Shown: positions 1 through 9,586 of the stretch, piece after piece | Layout: each line of letters begins with the position of its first letter | Numbering within the stretch: position 1 is the stretch's first letter | IMG/VR virus record: IMGVR_UViG_3300041991_000048 | Location: 1-55,603 of that record | DNA from: a virus | Lineage: Duplodnaviria > Caudoviricetes | Strand: one strand, 5' to 3' | DNA: 55,603 bases | Made by a program: the position numbers and the translations under genes | Notes under the pieces: generated by a model | What the model saw: only the letters and a program-made list of their open reading frames with translations | What the model was told of the DNA's origin: nothing | The model's database searches: none

Positions 1-1
1 C

Positions 2-70
2 AAGCTCGTCAGCGACGGCGACAGCTCGCCTTCCATTCCTGTGTCGGCATTCAGTCAGCAGCTGACCTAG
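2..70 (+). CDS. 3' end of a virion structural protein (partial, runs off the window)
   Basis: Reads KLVSDGDSSPSIPVSAFSQQLT*, resembling the K..xGD..P.FP.G.L C-terminus of small phage fibre/minor tail proteins; the stop overlaps the AGGAGG RBS of the next gene. Confidence 0.55.
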   Translation, partial: KLVSDGDSSPSIPVSAFSQQLT

Positions 71-79
71 GAGGCTGTT

Positions 80-2536
80 GTGGCCCAGCTGTTCACCAAC
101 TTCGCAGCGACGACTCTTGCCAATCCAATTTTGGCCAGTGACACAATCATCAATGTCATAGATGGTAGCTCATTTCCTGTTCCGACTGGCGACGACTTCT
201 TCCACATGGTTCTTGCGACTGCTGGTCAAGAGCTCACGCGTGAGATCGTTCGCGTAAACTCACGCAGTGGGAATACCCTCATTGTGGTGCGTGCGCAAGA
301 AGGCACGCTCGCGTCTGCGTTTGATGCTGATGACAAAGCAGAGCTGCGCGACACTGCTGCATTTCTTCAGAGGGTGTCTGTCGGAGTGCCAGAGTCAAAT
401 CAGGTGCATGTCTCTGATGCTGATTTTGCAATCAGTACCGTCGGTGCCATGTTGGCATCTTACTCTTCAATCACTGCGACGCGAACCATCACGCTTCCGC
501 CAGCGACGATTGATGGTCAGATCATCATGGTCGTCGATGAGGTGGGTGAGTGCTCTGATACGAAGAGGCTGGTAGTATCTCCTTCAGGCACAGACACGAT
601 CGAGGATCTTGGCAGTGTGAGTTTTGGATTCCCATATGCGTTTGCGTGTTTCCAAAGCAATGGCGCTGGGACGTGGCTCATCACCAATACGAACACTCGC
701 ACGCTGTATGCTGGCATGCTTAGCCAGCCAGCGATCACAGATAATGGCAATGGAACCATCACCATTGGCAGCAATGGAATCTACTCACTGTTTTCCAATG
801 TTGAAGGATCTGGCAGAACGAAGGCATATGTTATTGCTGGTGGCGTGTTCACTCCCTCTGATGGCGTCACAAGTTATCTGGTGGCAGACTATGGGTCTGG
901 ATCGCCAAGCATCTATCTTACGACAGACCGCAGCATCATCCTTGAGACGATCGTCATTCCTTTGTTGAGTGTCTTCAGGAAGGGAACAACGCTTCGCATT
1001 CTGAATTGGGACGAGCTGGGCAATGCGATGCCGAACAAGCTCCATCACATGCAGGTGAACACGCGTCGTTTCAATCCTGAGCCTGGTGGCCTGGCGCTCG
1101 GAGAGCTTGCTGGTCGAATCATAACCAATGGCGCAGGCGTGGTTTGGACTGGCGCAGTTGATCACGCATGTGCTGCTTTCAACTCTTCTATTGATGATGC
1201 CATTCTTTACTCGATTGCTTCTGGCGTGTGGTCGTCTACGACGATCACAGCATACAACAATACTCAATATAATTCACCAACAGGACTGGCAAGTCTAGCT
1301 CCGAATCGCTACGCAGTGAACTTTTGCTATCGCATGGTGAGCGATGTTGGCGTGGATCCTGTCGTGTTTGTCGTTCTTGGTAGTGGCAACTACACTCTGT
1401 CAGAGGCACAGGAGTCTCAGCCGCCAGCAGATCTTCCTGCAGAGATTCGCAGCTTTGGCATTCTTGTTGGTCGCATCATTGTCCAGAATGGAGCAGCGAC
1501 CGCAACTCAGATCGATCAGACGCTTGGTATCAACTTTATTCAAGGCTCGCCAACAGATCACAATGGCCTGTCGAATCTTGATGGTGGTGAGCCTGGATTC
1601 TACGGACACTTGACTGAGGCACAAGCTGCTGGGCTTCTGACTGATGTGTCAGTGGAAGCTCCTCTCACTGGTAGTGGGACACTTGTTGACCCTCTTGGCA
1701 TTTCTGTTGCCACTAATACTGAGGCAGGGACCGTTCCTGTTCCGTCACCTGCTGGTGGTGCGTCGAAGTTTCTTCGCGAAGACATGCAGTGGGTGACTCC
1801 TGATGGTGGTAGTGGCGATATCGTCTCCACGCTTGTTGAAACTGAAGTGGTGATCACTGCTGCTGCTACGCTTCAGCTCAACAAGATGCATGTCTGTGCT
1901 GGGACGACTGCAGATTACACCGTGACGCTTCCTGCTGCTTCAGGAAATGCAGGGAAGATCATTGGTGTGCGCATGTCTGTGCTGTTGACCAAATACGTCA
2001 CCATTGATGGCAATGGCACAGAGCTGATTGATGGGTCCCAAACTCGCATCATGTGGGCAGGGGAATCCGCGATCCTGCTTTGTGATGGTGTGGGATGGTC
2101 AAAGATATCTGGCAAAAGCATTCCGATGGCTGGACAGTTGTATAACTCTGCCTTGTCTCTGTTTGCCGCAAACACCGCCACAAAGATCGCAACAAACTCA
2201 AGCGACTGGGGCAATCTTGCAGATACCACAAACCAAAGATTGGTAGTTGGTAGGACTGGCAGATACATACTCCTGCAAGAGTGTGTGATGAATAGCACCA
2301 ATGCGACCGCAACGTATGTTGAGATGAGAATCTATCTGAATGGGTCCTGGGTTTACAACTACCCATATAAGTATACCCCTGCTCAGTTGAACAATCTGGT
2401 CAACACCAAGGTCATCAATCTTGCAGCAGGCACAACGCTAGAGACTTACCTGTATTACGCCTATGGTTCGTTTACCACAAGCGTTGTCCTTGCTACTGCG
2501 TGTGTCATGTCTCTCTTGGAGCAACCATCATGGTAG
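80..2536 (+). CDS. Large fibre-like virion protein (818 aa)
   Basis: GTG start after AGGAGG; N-terminal FTN.A.TTLA...EIVRV..R.G..L.V.RAQEGT domain typical of phage fibres; two TLP(A/P)A...G...I(D/E)...(S/C)(N/D)G..W repeats; beta-rich C1q/TNF-like C-terminus. Confidence 0.7.
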   Translation: MAQLFTNFAATTLANPILASDTIINVIDGSSFPVPTGDDFFHMVLATAGQELTREIVRVNSRSGNTLIVVRAQEGTLASAFDADDKAELRDTAAFLQRVSVGVPESNQVHVSDADFAISTVGAMLASYSSITATRTITLPPATIDGQIIMVVDEVGECSDTKRLVVSPSGTDTIEDLGSVSFGFPYAFACFQSNGAGTWLITNTNTRTLYAGMLSQPAITDNGNGTITIGSNGIYSLFSNVEGSGRTKAYVIAGGVFTPSDGVTSYLVADYGSGSPSIYLTTDRSIILETIVIPLLSVFRKGTTLRILNWDELGNAMPNKLHHMQVNTRRFNPEPGGLALGELAGRIITNGAGVVWTGAVDHACAAFNSSIDDAILYSIASGVWSSTTITAYNNTQYNSPTGLASLAPNRYAVNFCYRMVSDVGVDPVVFVVLGSGNYTLSEAQESQPPADLPAEIRSFGILVGRIIVQNGAATATQIDQTLGINFIQGSPTDHNGLSNLDGGEPGFYGHLTEAQAAGLLTDVSVEAPLTGSGTLVDPLGISVATNTEAGTVPVPSPAGGASKFLREDMQWVTPDGGSGDIVSTLVETEVVITAAATLQLNKMHVCAGTTADYTVTLPAASGNAGKIIGVRMSVLLTKYVTIDGNGTELIDGSQTRIMWAGESAILLCDGVGWSKISGKSIPMAGQLYNSALSLFAANTATKIATNSSDWGNLADTTNQRLVVGRTGRYILLQECVMNSTNATATYVEMRIYLNGSWVYNYPYKYTPAQLNNLVNTKVINLAAGTTLETYLYYAYGSFTTSVVLATACVMSLLEQPSW

Positions 2537-2889
2537 AGCTGTGGATCGACAATGGTAGCGGACCTGTGCGCAATCCTGATCTGACTGATGAGGAATTTGC
2601 GGAAGGCATCGAGCAGATGAAGCAGACAAACATTTCAGATCTGTGGAATGCTGCGCACAACTATGAATACGCACAGATCAGCGGCACAGCGACAGGACTG
2701 TTGGTCCTTGGTGTGCTGAAAGGCATGCCAAAGTGTCTTGCCGTTCAAGCGTGGGTGACGTCAATCTGGAATCTCTACTATGTTCGCAAGCCTCTTGTCA
2801 CTCACGAGCAGAGCCTGGACATGATGGACTTCAGCATCTGTGGGCAGATGCCATACTCTGTCCCTGAGTTGATGGCTGAGGTGATGTAA
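2530..2889 (+). CDS. Putative fibre assembly chaperone
   Basis: Small helical ORF overlapping the stop of the fibre gene; position typical of fibre chaperones. Confidence 0.45.
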   Translation: MVELWIDNGSGPVRNPDLTDEEFAEGIEQMKQTNISDLWNAAHNYEYAQISGTATGLLVLGVLKGMPKCLAVQAWVTSIWNLYYVRKPLVTHEQSLDMMDFSICGQMPYSVPELMAEVM

Positions 2890-3449
2890 TGTCGTTTGGT
2901 GGATTTGGGACTGCAGCTCTTGGACTGGTAGCACTCAGTGCTGCTCCAGTTGACAGCGCAGCACAATTCACTTTTGCTGGTGTGACCTCTCTCATTGGCG
3001 AGCTTGACCTTCGTTCCAAAATTGATTTGTCGTTTGCTGGCGAAACGAAAACGACAGGATCCACCTCACTGCTAGTTCCAAAAACACTTCTGCTGACTGG
3101 GAGGACCACGCTTGTTGGATCCGTTGTTATTGATGTTCCTGCGATATTTGTTTTCTCAGGATCCAACTCCCTAGTCGGAAGCATTGATGTCCGAAGCGTC
3201 ATCACGCTATCGTTGCCTGGCAGGACTGAGCTGGTGGGTCGAGTTCGTTTGAAGTCTGCTCAGCAGTTTACATTCGCTGGTGTCACTTCTACTCGTGGCG
3301 AATTCTCATTGAACACCTATCAGTGGACCGCAGGACTGCCCATTGATAGGCTCGTTGCCTTGCCTCGCACATATCGTTTGGAATCAGAACCAAGAATCAA
3401 TATTCTTCGCTCCAACATTCGGAGCTATACTTTGGCAGCTGGGGAGTAG
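2889..3449 (+). CDS. Virion structural protein with internal FxFAGxT repeats
   Basis: Repeated (F/L)xFxGxTxLxG units; translationally coupled (TAATG). Confidence 0.55.
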   Translation: MSFGGFGTAALGLVALSAAPVDSAAQFTFAGVTSLIGELDLRSKIDLSFAGETKTTGSTSLLVPKTLLLTGRTTLVGSVVIDVPAIFVFSGSNSLVGSIDVRSVITLSLPGRTELVGRVRLKSAQQFTFAGVTSTRGEFSLNTYQWTAGLPIDRLVALPRTYRLESEPRINILRSNIRSYTLAAGE

Positions 3450-3451
3450 TC

Positions 3452-3754
3452 ATGGGTCAAGCATTCAGCAACAAGCGACAAGGCGAGACAGTCCGGCTCG
3501 GGTTTGATTTCTCTCCCATTTTGAATGCTGGCGTCACGCTCTTGACTGCCACATGGCGACTGATTGATCCTGAGGATCCTGATGTGGTGATAGCCGGAGT
3601 GTTTCCAGAGGGTCCTGCCATTGATGAGACTTGGGTCCTTCAGCGCTTCATGGGTGGTGACCCAAGCACGTCATATTATCATGAGATCACCGTCACCACC
3701 AGTGATGGACAGACACTCATTGAAACGCCCTCTCAACTCATCACCTGCATCTGA
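3452..3754 (+). CDS. Putative fibre adaptor protein
   Basis: K..GE...GFDF...L...W...G...Y...TVTTSDG.T pattern of small phage fibre-adaptor proteins. Confidence 0.55.
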   Translation: MGQAFSNKRQGETVRLGFDFSPILNAGVTLLTATWRLIDPEDPDVVIAGVFPEGPAIDETWVLQRFMGGDPSTSYYHEITVTTSDGQTLIETPSQLITCI

Positions 3755-4836
3755 TGGAGTCCCGAATGAAGACCAAGCGAAGCGATCGTCAAGTTGCGAT
3801 GGATCGTCAGTCTGCTCGTTCAATCGACGAGCAGGGATTCCTTCATGTTGAGGGCTGCAACATAAGCAAAGCTTGTGTGAGTCCTTATTGGGGCTCTGAG
3901 ATTCCTGATCACAAGGAGTTGGGTCTCGATCCTGACAAGACCTATTACCTGTTCAGAGATCCTGATGAGCTGGAGAAGTCTGCTAGCACCTTCAACAATC
4001 TTCCTCTGATGGACTTCCACGTGGAAGTGTCTGCGGAAGAGTTGGAAGATGAAAAGGTGCGTGGCAAGATTGTTGGCAGCACAGGCACCAATGCAGTATT
4101 CTCTCATCCGTATCTCCAGAACACGCTTGTCATTTGGACTGCTGGTGCAATTCATGGCGTGATGAGCAAGGAGCAGACAGAACTGTCCTGTGCTTATCGT
4201 TATGAGCTTGACATGACTCCTGGTGAGTTTGAAGGAGTCAAGTATGATGCGCGCATGAAGAACATTCGAGGCAATCATGTGGCGCTTGTTGATGAGGGTC
4301 GTGCAGGTCCTGATGTCACAGTGAAGGATCGCAGGTCTGACAAGCTGCGCGTCAAGGTGGACATTGATGGTGTCGCAAAGATGGTGGCAGATGCCTTGCG
4401 TCCGATCCTGTCTGATCTTGAAACGTATCAGATGCCAAAGAAAGAAGCAATTGCGGAACACAAGCGCCTCGTTGGCGTTCTGAAGAGCGACAATCACAAG
4501 GATGATGCGGAAGAGGCTGAATTGAAGTCAATGATGCCTGAGGGATCAATTACGATTGATGCTGAACAAGAACCATCAATTACTGAGGAGGAAGACGATG
4601 AAAACGACACTGTTTCTGTTGAAGGAGAAAATGCCTATGAGAAAGTAAATTTCGCCGACGAAGTAAACAGGAAGTATCCTTTAGATACGCCTGAGCAAGT
4701 GCTCTCAGCCCTAAGAGAATGGGGTGAAATGAAAAACCGAAACGCATACTCAAAGGAGACGCAAACGGACATCACCAGCCGCATCAACTCAGCAGCACAG
4801 CACTTCAAGGTCGGCGACTTCGCCGAGGGCAAGTGA
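3754..4836 (+). CDS. Prohead maturation protease (DUF2213 family) with extra C-terminal domain
   Basis: RSID..GFLHV...NISKA.V.PY.G.EIP, ELS.AYRY, NHVALV..GRAG motifs; C-terminal FAD..NRKYPLDT domain (DUF6582-like). Confidence 0.85.
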   Translation: MESRMKTKRSDRQVAMDRQSARSIDEQGFLHVEGCNISKACVSPYWGSEIPDHKELGLDPDKTYYLFRDPDELEKSASTFNNLPLMDFHVEVSAEELEDEKVRGKIVGSTGTNAVFSHPYLQNTLVIWTAGAIHGVMSKEQTELSCAYRYELDMTPGEFEGVKYDARMKNIRGNHVALVDEGRAGPDVTVKDRRSDKLRVKVDIDGVAKMVADALRPILSDLETYQMPKKEAIAEHKRLVGVLKSDNHKDDAEEAELKSMMPEGSITIDAEQEPSITEEEDDENDTVSVEGENAYEKVNFADEVNRKYPLDTPEQVLSALREWGEMKNRNAYSKETQTDITSRINSAAQHFKVGDFAEGK

Positions 4837-4857
4837 CCCAATCACAAGGAGGCCCAC

Positions 4858-5771
4858 ATGGCCAATAAGATTCGAAAGATCACTACGCAAGGGCACGTCG
4901 TGAAGGGTGCCCTCGCTGCGTATGTCGGACCCAAGCTGGCGGCCGATGGCGCATTCAAGCCAGGAGAGCTCAACGAGGTGCTCAAGAGCATTCCTCCCAA
5001 GCCCTACAGCCTCTCATTGCGGACGCGATTAAGGCCAAGTTTGGTCCTCGCCTCGCAAAGGACCTGGACATCGACGACCTGCCCGACATTCTTGAGGCAC
5101 TCAAGAACTCGGACGATTTCAGCGAGGACGAAAATCCTGATGCTGACGTCGACACTCCTGATGTCAAGAAGAAGGAGGCTCTGCCGATCAAGGACGAGGA
5201 CAAGCCCAAAGAAGACAAGCCCAAAGAAGACAAGCTTGTCTCTGACGAGGAGGAGTCTGTCGCGTCTGATGAAGACGACGCTGGCACCAAACTCATGGCC
5301 ATGCTTGGCAAGTATGAGATTCCTGCAGAGGATCTCGAGCAGATCAATGAACTCATCAACGCTCTGTCTCAGAGCACTGGAGGAGAAATGAAGCCAGCCA
5401 TCGACGAGCTGCCTGAAGAGAAGGACAAGAAGAAGGAGGAGGCTCCCATCACCAAGGCAGCAATGGATCGTGCGCTTGCTGCGCATGATAGCGCCAATCG
5501 TGAACGAGTCAAGGCTCTGTTCACTGCTGCCGCTGACGTCGCTCCCTTCATTGGCCAGGTGGACACTCTCGCCTTCGATTCCGCCAACGACATCTATCGT
5601 CTGGCTCTGGATCATGCTGGCGTCAACATCAAGGGCGTGCATCCCAGTGCATACAAGGCCATGTTGAGCCTTGCGATGCAGCGTCCTGCCGCTCAGCCTG
5701 TCGTCGCCGCTGATGCTGCCTCTCACGAGGACTTCAACAAGCGATACACTCACATTCCGGCTCAGGCATAA
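4858..5771 (+). CDS. Capsid scaffold protein, split by a -1 frameshift near 4990-5015
   Basis: AAGGAGG RBS and ATG at 4858; sensible coding continues in the -1 frame (PLIADAIKAKF, acidic linker, AMD.A..A, DSA..IYR.AL...GV...GVHPSAY), the C-terminal region of DUF2213-type scaffolds. Confidence 0.7.
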
Positions 5772-5781
5772 GGAGGAACCA

Positions 5782-6765
5782 ATGCCCTTTCAGAAGCAGG
5801 TCAACACTTACCAGGCTCCTGCCAACTTGGGCGCCATTGCGTCCATGAATCCCCTGTCCACAGTTGCTGCTGGCCCTGGTGGGCTAGTGGCTGGCGCTGC
5901 TGGCGTCCTCGTCGGTCGTTTCGCGTGGAACACCTACCCTGTCGCGGGAGGCCCTGGCCTTGCGCAGAACATGTGCCCTATCTCCGACACTGAAGCCCCT
6001 CGCGTTCCTGATGGCTTCATCTGCAACCAGCAGCAGGGACTCATCACGCTGTGGCTCGGCAGCGAGAGCCTTGGCGTTCCTCATGGCGTGATGGTCACTG
6101 AGCATGATCGTGGCGACTTCTGGGCCCAGAGCACGATGAGCGAAGCGATCATCGGCAACAAGGTCTTCGCCAATCTCATCACAGGCCAGGCCCTCGCTGC
6201 GGCGGCTGGCTCCACGCCTGCCAGCTACAGTGGCACTCCTGCCGTGATCAAGGGCACAGTGGCGTCGCTCACCAACTTCACCATGACCATCACCGAAGTC
6301 ACCTCTGGTGTCGTCGCTCCTGGTCAGCTCGTTGTTGGCGAAAACATTCCCCAGGGAACCTACATCAGCTCGCTCGGCACTTCTACTGGCGGGACAGGGA
6401 CTGTGTTCCTCACTAGGAATGCCACCAAGCTCTTCACTGCCCAGGACCTGACCACCAGTGTGCCTGAAGCCTATGGCGCCTTCGATGGCACCGCAAGCTT
6501 CGCCACCGACGTCATGACGGTGACTGCTGTTCAGTCGGGTGCTGCCGTTGCGGGTCAGCTCGTCACTTCTGCGAATGTGGCTGCTGGCACCTACATCGTC
6601 GCCCAGCTGACTGGCACTCCTGGTGGTGCTGGCACCTATCAGCTTTCCACTGAGCCTGGCACCATCACCGCTCAGGACGTGAAGGCGACCTCCTGGATCG
6701 AGACGGACTGGTATGTGAAGTCTGCCGGCAACGTCATGGACCTCATCAAAATCGGCCTCAAGTAA
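5782..6765 (+). CDS. Capsid decoration/cement protein with two inserted beta-rich repeats
   Basis: AAGGAGG RBS; MPFQKQVN, LVAG..GV.VGRFAW and ETDW motifs; sits directly before the major capsid gene. Confidence 0.75.
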   Translation: MPFQKQVNTYQAPANLGAIASMNPLSTVAAGPGGLVAGAAGVLVGRFAWNTYPVAGGPGLAQNMCPISDTEAPRVPDGFICNQQQGLITLWLGSESLGVPHGVMVTEHDRGDFWAQSTMSEAIIGNKVFANLITGQALAAAAGSTPASYSGTPAVIKGTVASLTNFTMTITEVTSGVVAPGQLVVGENIPQGTYISSLGTSTGGTGTVFLTRNATKLFTAQDLTTSVPEAYGAFDGTASFATDVMTVTAVQSGAAVAGQLVTSANVAAGTYIVAQLTGTPGGAGTYQLSTEPGTITAQDVKATSWIETDWYVKSAGNVMDLIKIGLK

Positions 6766-6780
6766 TAAGGAGCATACGAC

Positions 6781-7824
6781 ATGCGACAGAATCCCCACAT
6801 GCAGTTGCTGGCCGATCGTTTCGGTATCGTCTTCCCAGGCGCCACCGACTATCGGGACTCCCAGGCCGGACGCCTGGCAGCTGATCGCGTCCTCTCTGAT
6901 GCTGCGCCCACCAATCTGCTTCAGGCAGGCATGGTGACTTCCTACAACGCCAGCGTCCCTGCCTACCTTCTCAACTTCATGGATCCCGAGCTCACGCGTG
7001 TCTTGACTGCGCGCACTGCGGCTGCTGAGATCTTCGGTGAAGCGAAGAAGGGAGACTGGACGACCGACACAGCCACCTTCCCTGTGGTTGAGTCCACGGG
7101 TGAGGTTTCCAGCTATGGCGACCTCAGCAACAATGGCCTGGTTGGTGCCAACACCAACTTCGAGCCTCGTCAGTCCTACCACTACCAGACGTTCACTCGC
7201 TGGGGTGATCGTGAGCTGGAGCGCATGGGCAAGGCGAAGATCGACTGGGCTGCTGAGCAGAACGTCGCCGCTGCGCTCACGTTCGAGAAATTCCAGAACA
7301 AGAGCTACTTCTTCGGCATCAGCGGCCTCGACAACTTCGGCCTGTTGAATGATCCGGTTCTGCCTGCTCCTATCACTCCCACCACTGCGTGGTCTGGCGC
7401 CACTGGCCTCCAGATCTTCGGTGACATCCAGAATCTCTACAAGCAGCTCGCGCTTCAGACTGCTGGCAACATCACCATGAAGGATGAACTCACGCTGGCC
7501 ATGAGTCCCTTCACTGAAGCCTACCTGCTGACTCCGATGCAGAATGTCTATGGCAATGCCACTGTCATTGACCTCATCAAGAAGTCATTCCCCAACCTCA
7601 CCGTCAAGACTGCGGTGGAGTATGCCACTGACTCTGGCAACCTGGTGCAGATGATCGCACCTCGTCTTCAGGGACAGAACACTGGCTTCTGTGCTTTCAC
7701 CGAGAAGATGCGTGCCCACGCCATCGTGCGTGACACCAGCGCCACCTACCAGAAGAAGTCTGGTGGGACCTGGGGTGCCATCGTCAAGGTGCCTGCTGCT
7801 ATTGCCCAGATGCTGGGTGTCTAA
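6781..7824 (+). CDS. Major capsid protein (DUF2184 family, HK97 fold)
   Basis: E.KKGDWTT, GEVSSYGD, RQSYHYQT, NKSYFFG, GLLNDP, FTEKMRAH, GTWGA motifs; strongly biased codons. Confidence 0.9.
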   Translation: MRQNPHMQLLADRFGIVFPGATDYRDSQAGRLAADRVLSDAAPTNLLQAGMVTSYNASVPAYLLNFMDPELTRVLTARTAAAEIFGEAKKGDWTTDTATFPVVESTGEVSSYGDLSNNGLVGANTNFEPRQSYHYQTFTRWGDRELERMGKAKIDWAAEQNVAAALTFEKFQNKSYFFGISGLDNFGLLNDPVLPAPITPTTAWSGATGLQIFGDIQNLYKQLALQTAGNITMKDELTLAMSPFTEAYLLTPMQNVYGNATVIDLIKKSFPNLTVKTAVEYATDSGNLVQMIAPRLQGQNTGFCAFTEKMRAHAIVRDTSATYQKKSGGTWGAIVKVPAAIAQMLGV

Positions 7825-7833
7825 TTCAACTGG

Positions 7834-7870
7834 GGGGTCGTCTCAATCGTGGGACGACCCCGACCTTGTT
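7834..7870 (+). terminator. Stem-loop / probable intrinsic terminator after the major capsid gene
   Basis: GGGGTCGTCTCA-ATCG-TGGGACGACCCC 12-bp stem followed by a weak T tract. Confidence 0.65.
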
Positions 7871-7895
7871 TCAACTCACCACACTGAGGTGCAAA

Positions 7896-8285
7896 ATGGC
7901 TGAGATGGTTCTCGTCGGCTGCAAACTTCCCCACGGACTCAATCTTGATCTTCGTGATGCGCAGGGCAATGTCACTGCTCGCGTAAAACTTCCTGGCAAC
8001 TCTGGGTTCACACTTCCCAATCCTGATCGTCGTTTCAAGAATCCCACCACCTTCTATGGTGATACGTTCACTGAGGTGGAGAAGGACCATTGGGACGCTT
8101 GGCTGAAGAAGCACAAGACCCATCCCGCAGTTCTCAATGGTGCCATCTATGCGGCTAACCAGCAAGAGGACGCGATCGTCCAGGCTCGCAATCACGAAGA
8201 CGAGAATGTCGGCTTCGACAAGATCGACCCCAAGAAGTTTGGCGTGGCCAAGCTTGATGACTCTCCCAAGCCTGCGGGAATCTAG
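7896..8285 (+). CDS. Conserved virion-associated protein (V.CKLPHGL family)
   Basis: VGCKLPHGL motif; found after the capsid gene in Bcep781/PB1-like myoviruses. Confidence 0.7.
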   Translation: MAEMVLVGCKLPHGLNLDLRDAQGNVTARVKLPGNSGFTLPNPDRRFKNPTTFYGDTFTEVEKDHWDAWLKKHKTHPAVLNGAIYAANQQEDAIVQARNHEDENVGFDKIDPKKFGVAKLDDSPKPAGI

Positions 8286-8294
8286 GAGGAGGCT

Positions 8295-8723
8295 ATGGCT
8301 GCTGTTGTGTTTGACAAATGTAAGTTTCTGGATCGCTATCCAGAGTTCGTTCCGACTGTCGCAGCCAATGCCACCTCTGCAGAAAACTGCTTTGAAGAAG
8401 CAACGCTCTTTCTCAACAATACGAGCAGCAGCAGGATTCCGGCTGAGACCAGAGTCCTGCTGCTGAACATGCTTACTGCTCATATCATGGCGATCAATTT
8501 TGGCATCAATGGCCAAGGCGCTAGCGCTCTTGTTGGTCGCATTGCCTCTGCCGGAGAAGGGTCTGTGAATGTTAGCACAGACATGGGTCCTTCAACTTCA
8601 CAGAAGGCTTGGTATGAGCAGACGAAGTATGGCGCGGCCTACTGGCGTGCGTCTATGGCTTATCGTTCTGCTACATACATTGCTCCTGTTGGCCTCAATA
8701 GCTGCTCTCATCGACGAGGTTGA
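8295..8723 (+). CDS. Head-tail adaptor (DUF4054 family)
   Basis: F...YPEF, LL..LTAH, VGRIASA.EGSV.VS, W..QT.YG..YW motifs. Confidence 0.85.
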   Translation: MAAVVFDKCKFLDRYPEFVPTVAANATSAENCFEEATLFLNNTSSSRIPAETRVLLLNMLTAHIMAINFGINGQGASALVGRIASAGEGSVNVSTDMGPSTSQKAWYEQTKYGAAYWRASMAYRSATYIAPVGLNSCSHRRG

Positions 8724-8727
8724 AATC

Positions 8728-9213
8728 ATGGCCTCACCTGCACTATCTGGTGGACTGAAACTCAACGCTGCTCTTAACCACATCAAGTCTCAGTTGGCCA
8801 AGCAGCAGTTGGTGAGAGTTGGTTTTCTGGAAGGTGCGACGTGTGGTCCGGACAATGATGCTCCTGCTCCTGAAATTGCATTCATCCTTGAAGGTGGTGC
8901 ACCAGCAGCAGGCATTCCTCCTCGTCCATTCTTCCGCAACATGATCTTGCACAATTCTCCTAAATGGGGAAAGGTGCTGGCTGCGTTCCTGAAGAAGAAC
9001 CACTACAATGTTGAGCTTGCGCTCATGGGCACAGGCTTGATAATGGGTGAGCAGTTGCAACTTGAAATCACCATGACCACCACCCCAGCAAACACTGATG
9101 CTGTGGCCAAGGCAAAAGGCTTCAACAAGCCTCTTGAGTGGTCCAAGAATTTGAAACGATCAATCGCAGCTGAAGTTGGCGGAAACAGGAAGGAGTCAAA
9201 TGGATCTGCATAG
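8728..9213 (+). CDS. Neck / tail completion protein
   Basis: VRVGFLEGA, IPPRPFFR, KGFNKPL motifs. Confidence 0.75.
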   Translation: MASPALSGGLKLNAALNHIKSQLAKQQLVRVGFLEGATCGPDNDAPAPEIAFILEGGAPAAGIPPRPFFRNMILHNSPKWGKVLAAFLKKNHYNVELALMGTGLIMGEQLQLEITMTTTPANTDAVAKAKGFNKPLEWSKNLKRSIAAEVGGNRKESNGSA

Positions 9214-9586
9214 CATTGCTGGCCCTCTGATCTCTGCTGTCAATCCAATGACGACTGCGAAGCTCTACAAGAGCACTGGATACTCAGTCAATGCTGATGG
9301 CATCCAGGTTCCTGCGTATGCTCCTGCCATCAAAGGAAGCATTCAAGTTCAAGGCATGAGCAATAGTGCTCTTCAGCACGCCAACAGCCTGAACATCACA
9401 GGCATCCTCCGCAAAGTTTATCTTGGTGGAGACTGGGAGAGTGTTGTTCGCATGACGATGCAGGGCGGCGACAAGTTTGTGTTTTCTCACGCAGGCGTCG
9501 TCAATGGCACGTGGCTTGTTGCTACAGTCAATGAGACTTGGCCAGACTGGTGCTCTGTCACTGTTCAACTTCAGGTGGAGCCATGA
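9200..9586 (+). CDS. Head closure protein
   Basis: MDLH.IA...I.AVNP, GGD, W.V..V.E.WPDW motifs. Confidence 0.75.
   Translation: MDLHSIAGPLISAVNPMTTAKLYKSTGYSVNADGIQVPAYAPAIKGSIQVQGMSNSALQHANSLNITGILRKVYLGGDWESVVRMTMQGGDKFVFSHAGVVNGTWLVATVNETWPDWCSVTVQLQVEP

Noticed and set aside
5198-5235. 15-bp tandem repeat encoding DKPKE
   Set aside because: Ordinary low-complexity expansion in the scaffold linker.
5884-7182. Long antisense ORFs (also 28217-29368, 49117-49983, 50356-51345)
   Set aside because: Shadows of strongly codon-biased genes on the opposite strand; no RBS or recognisable motifs.
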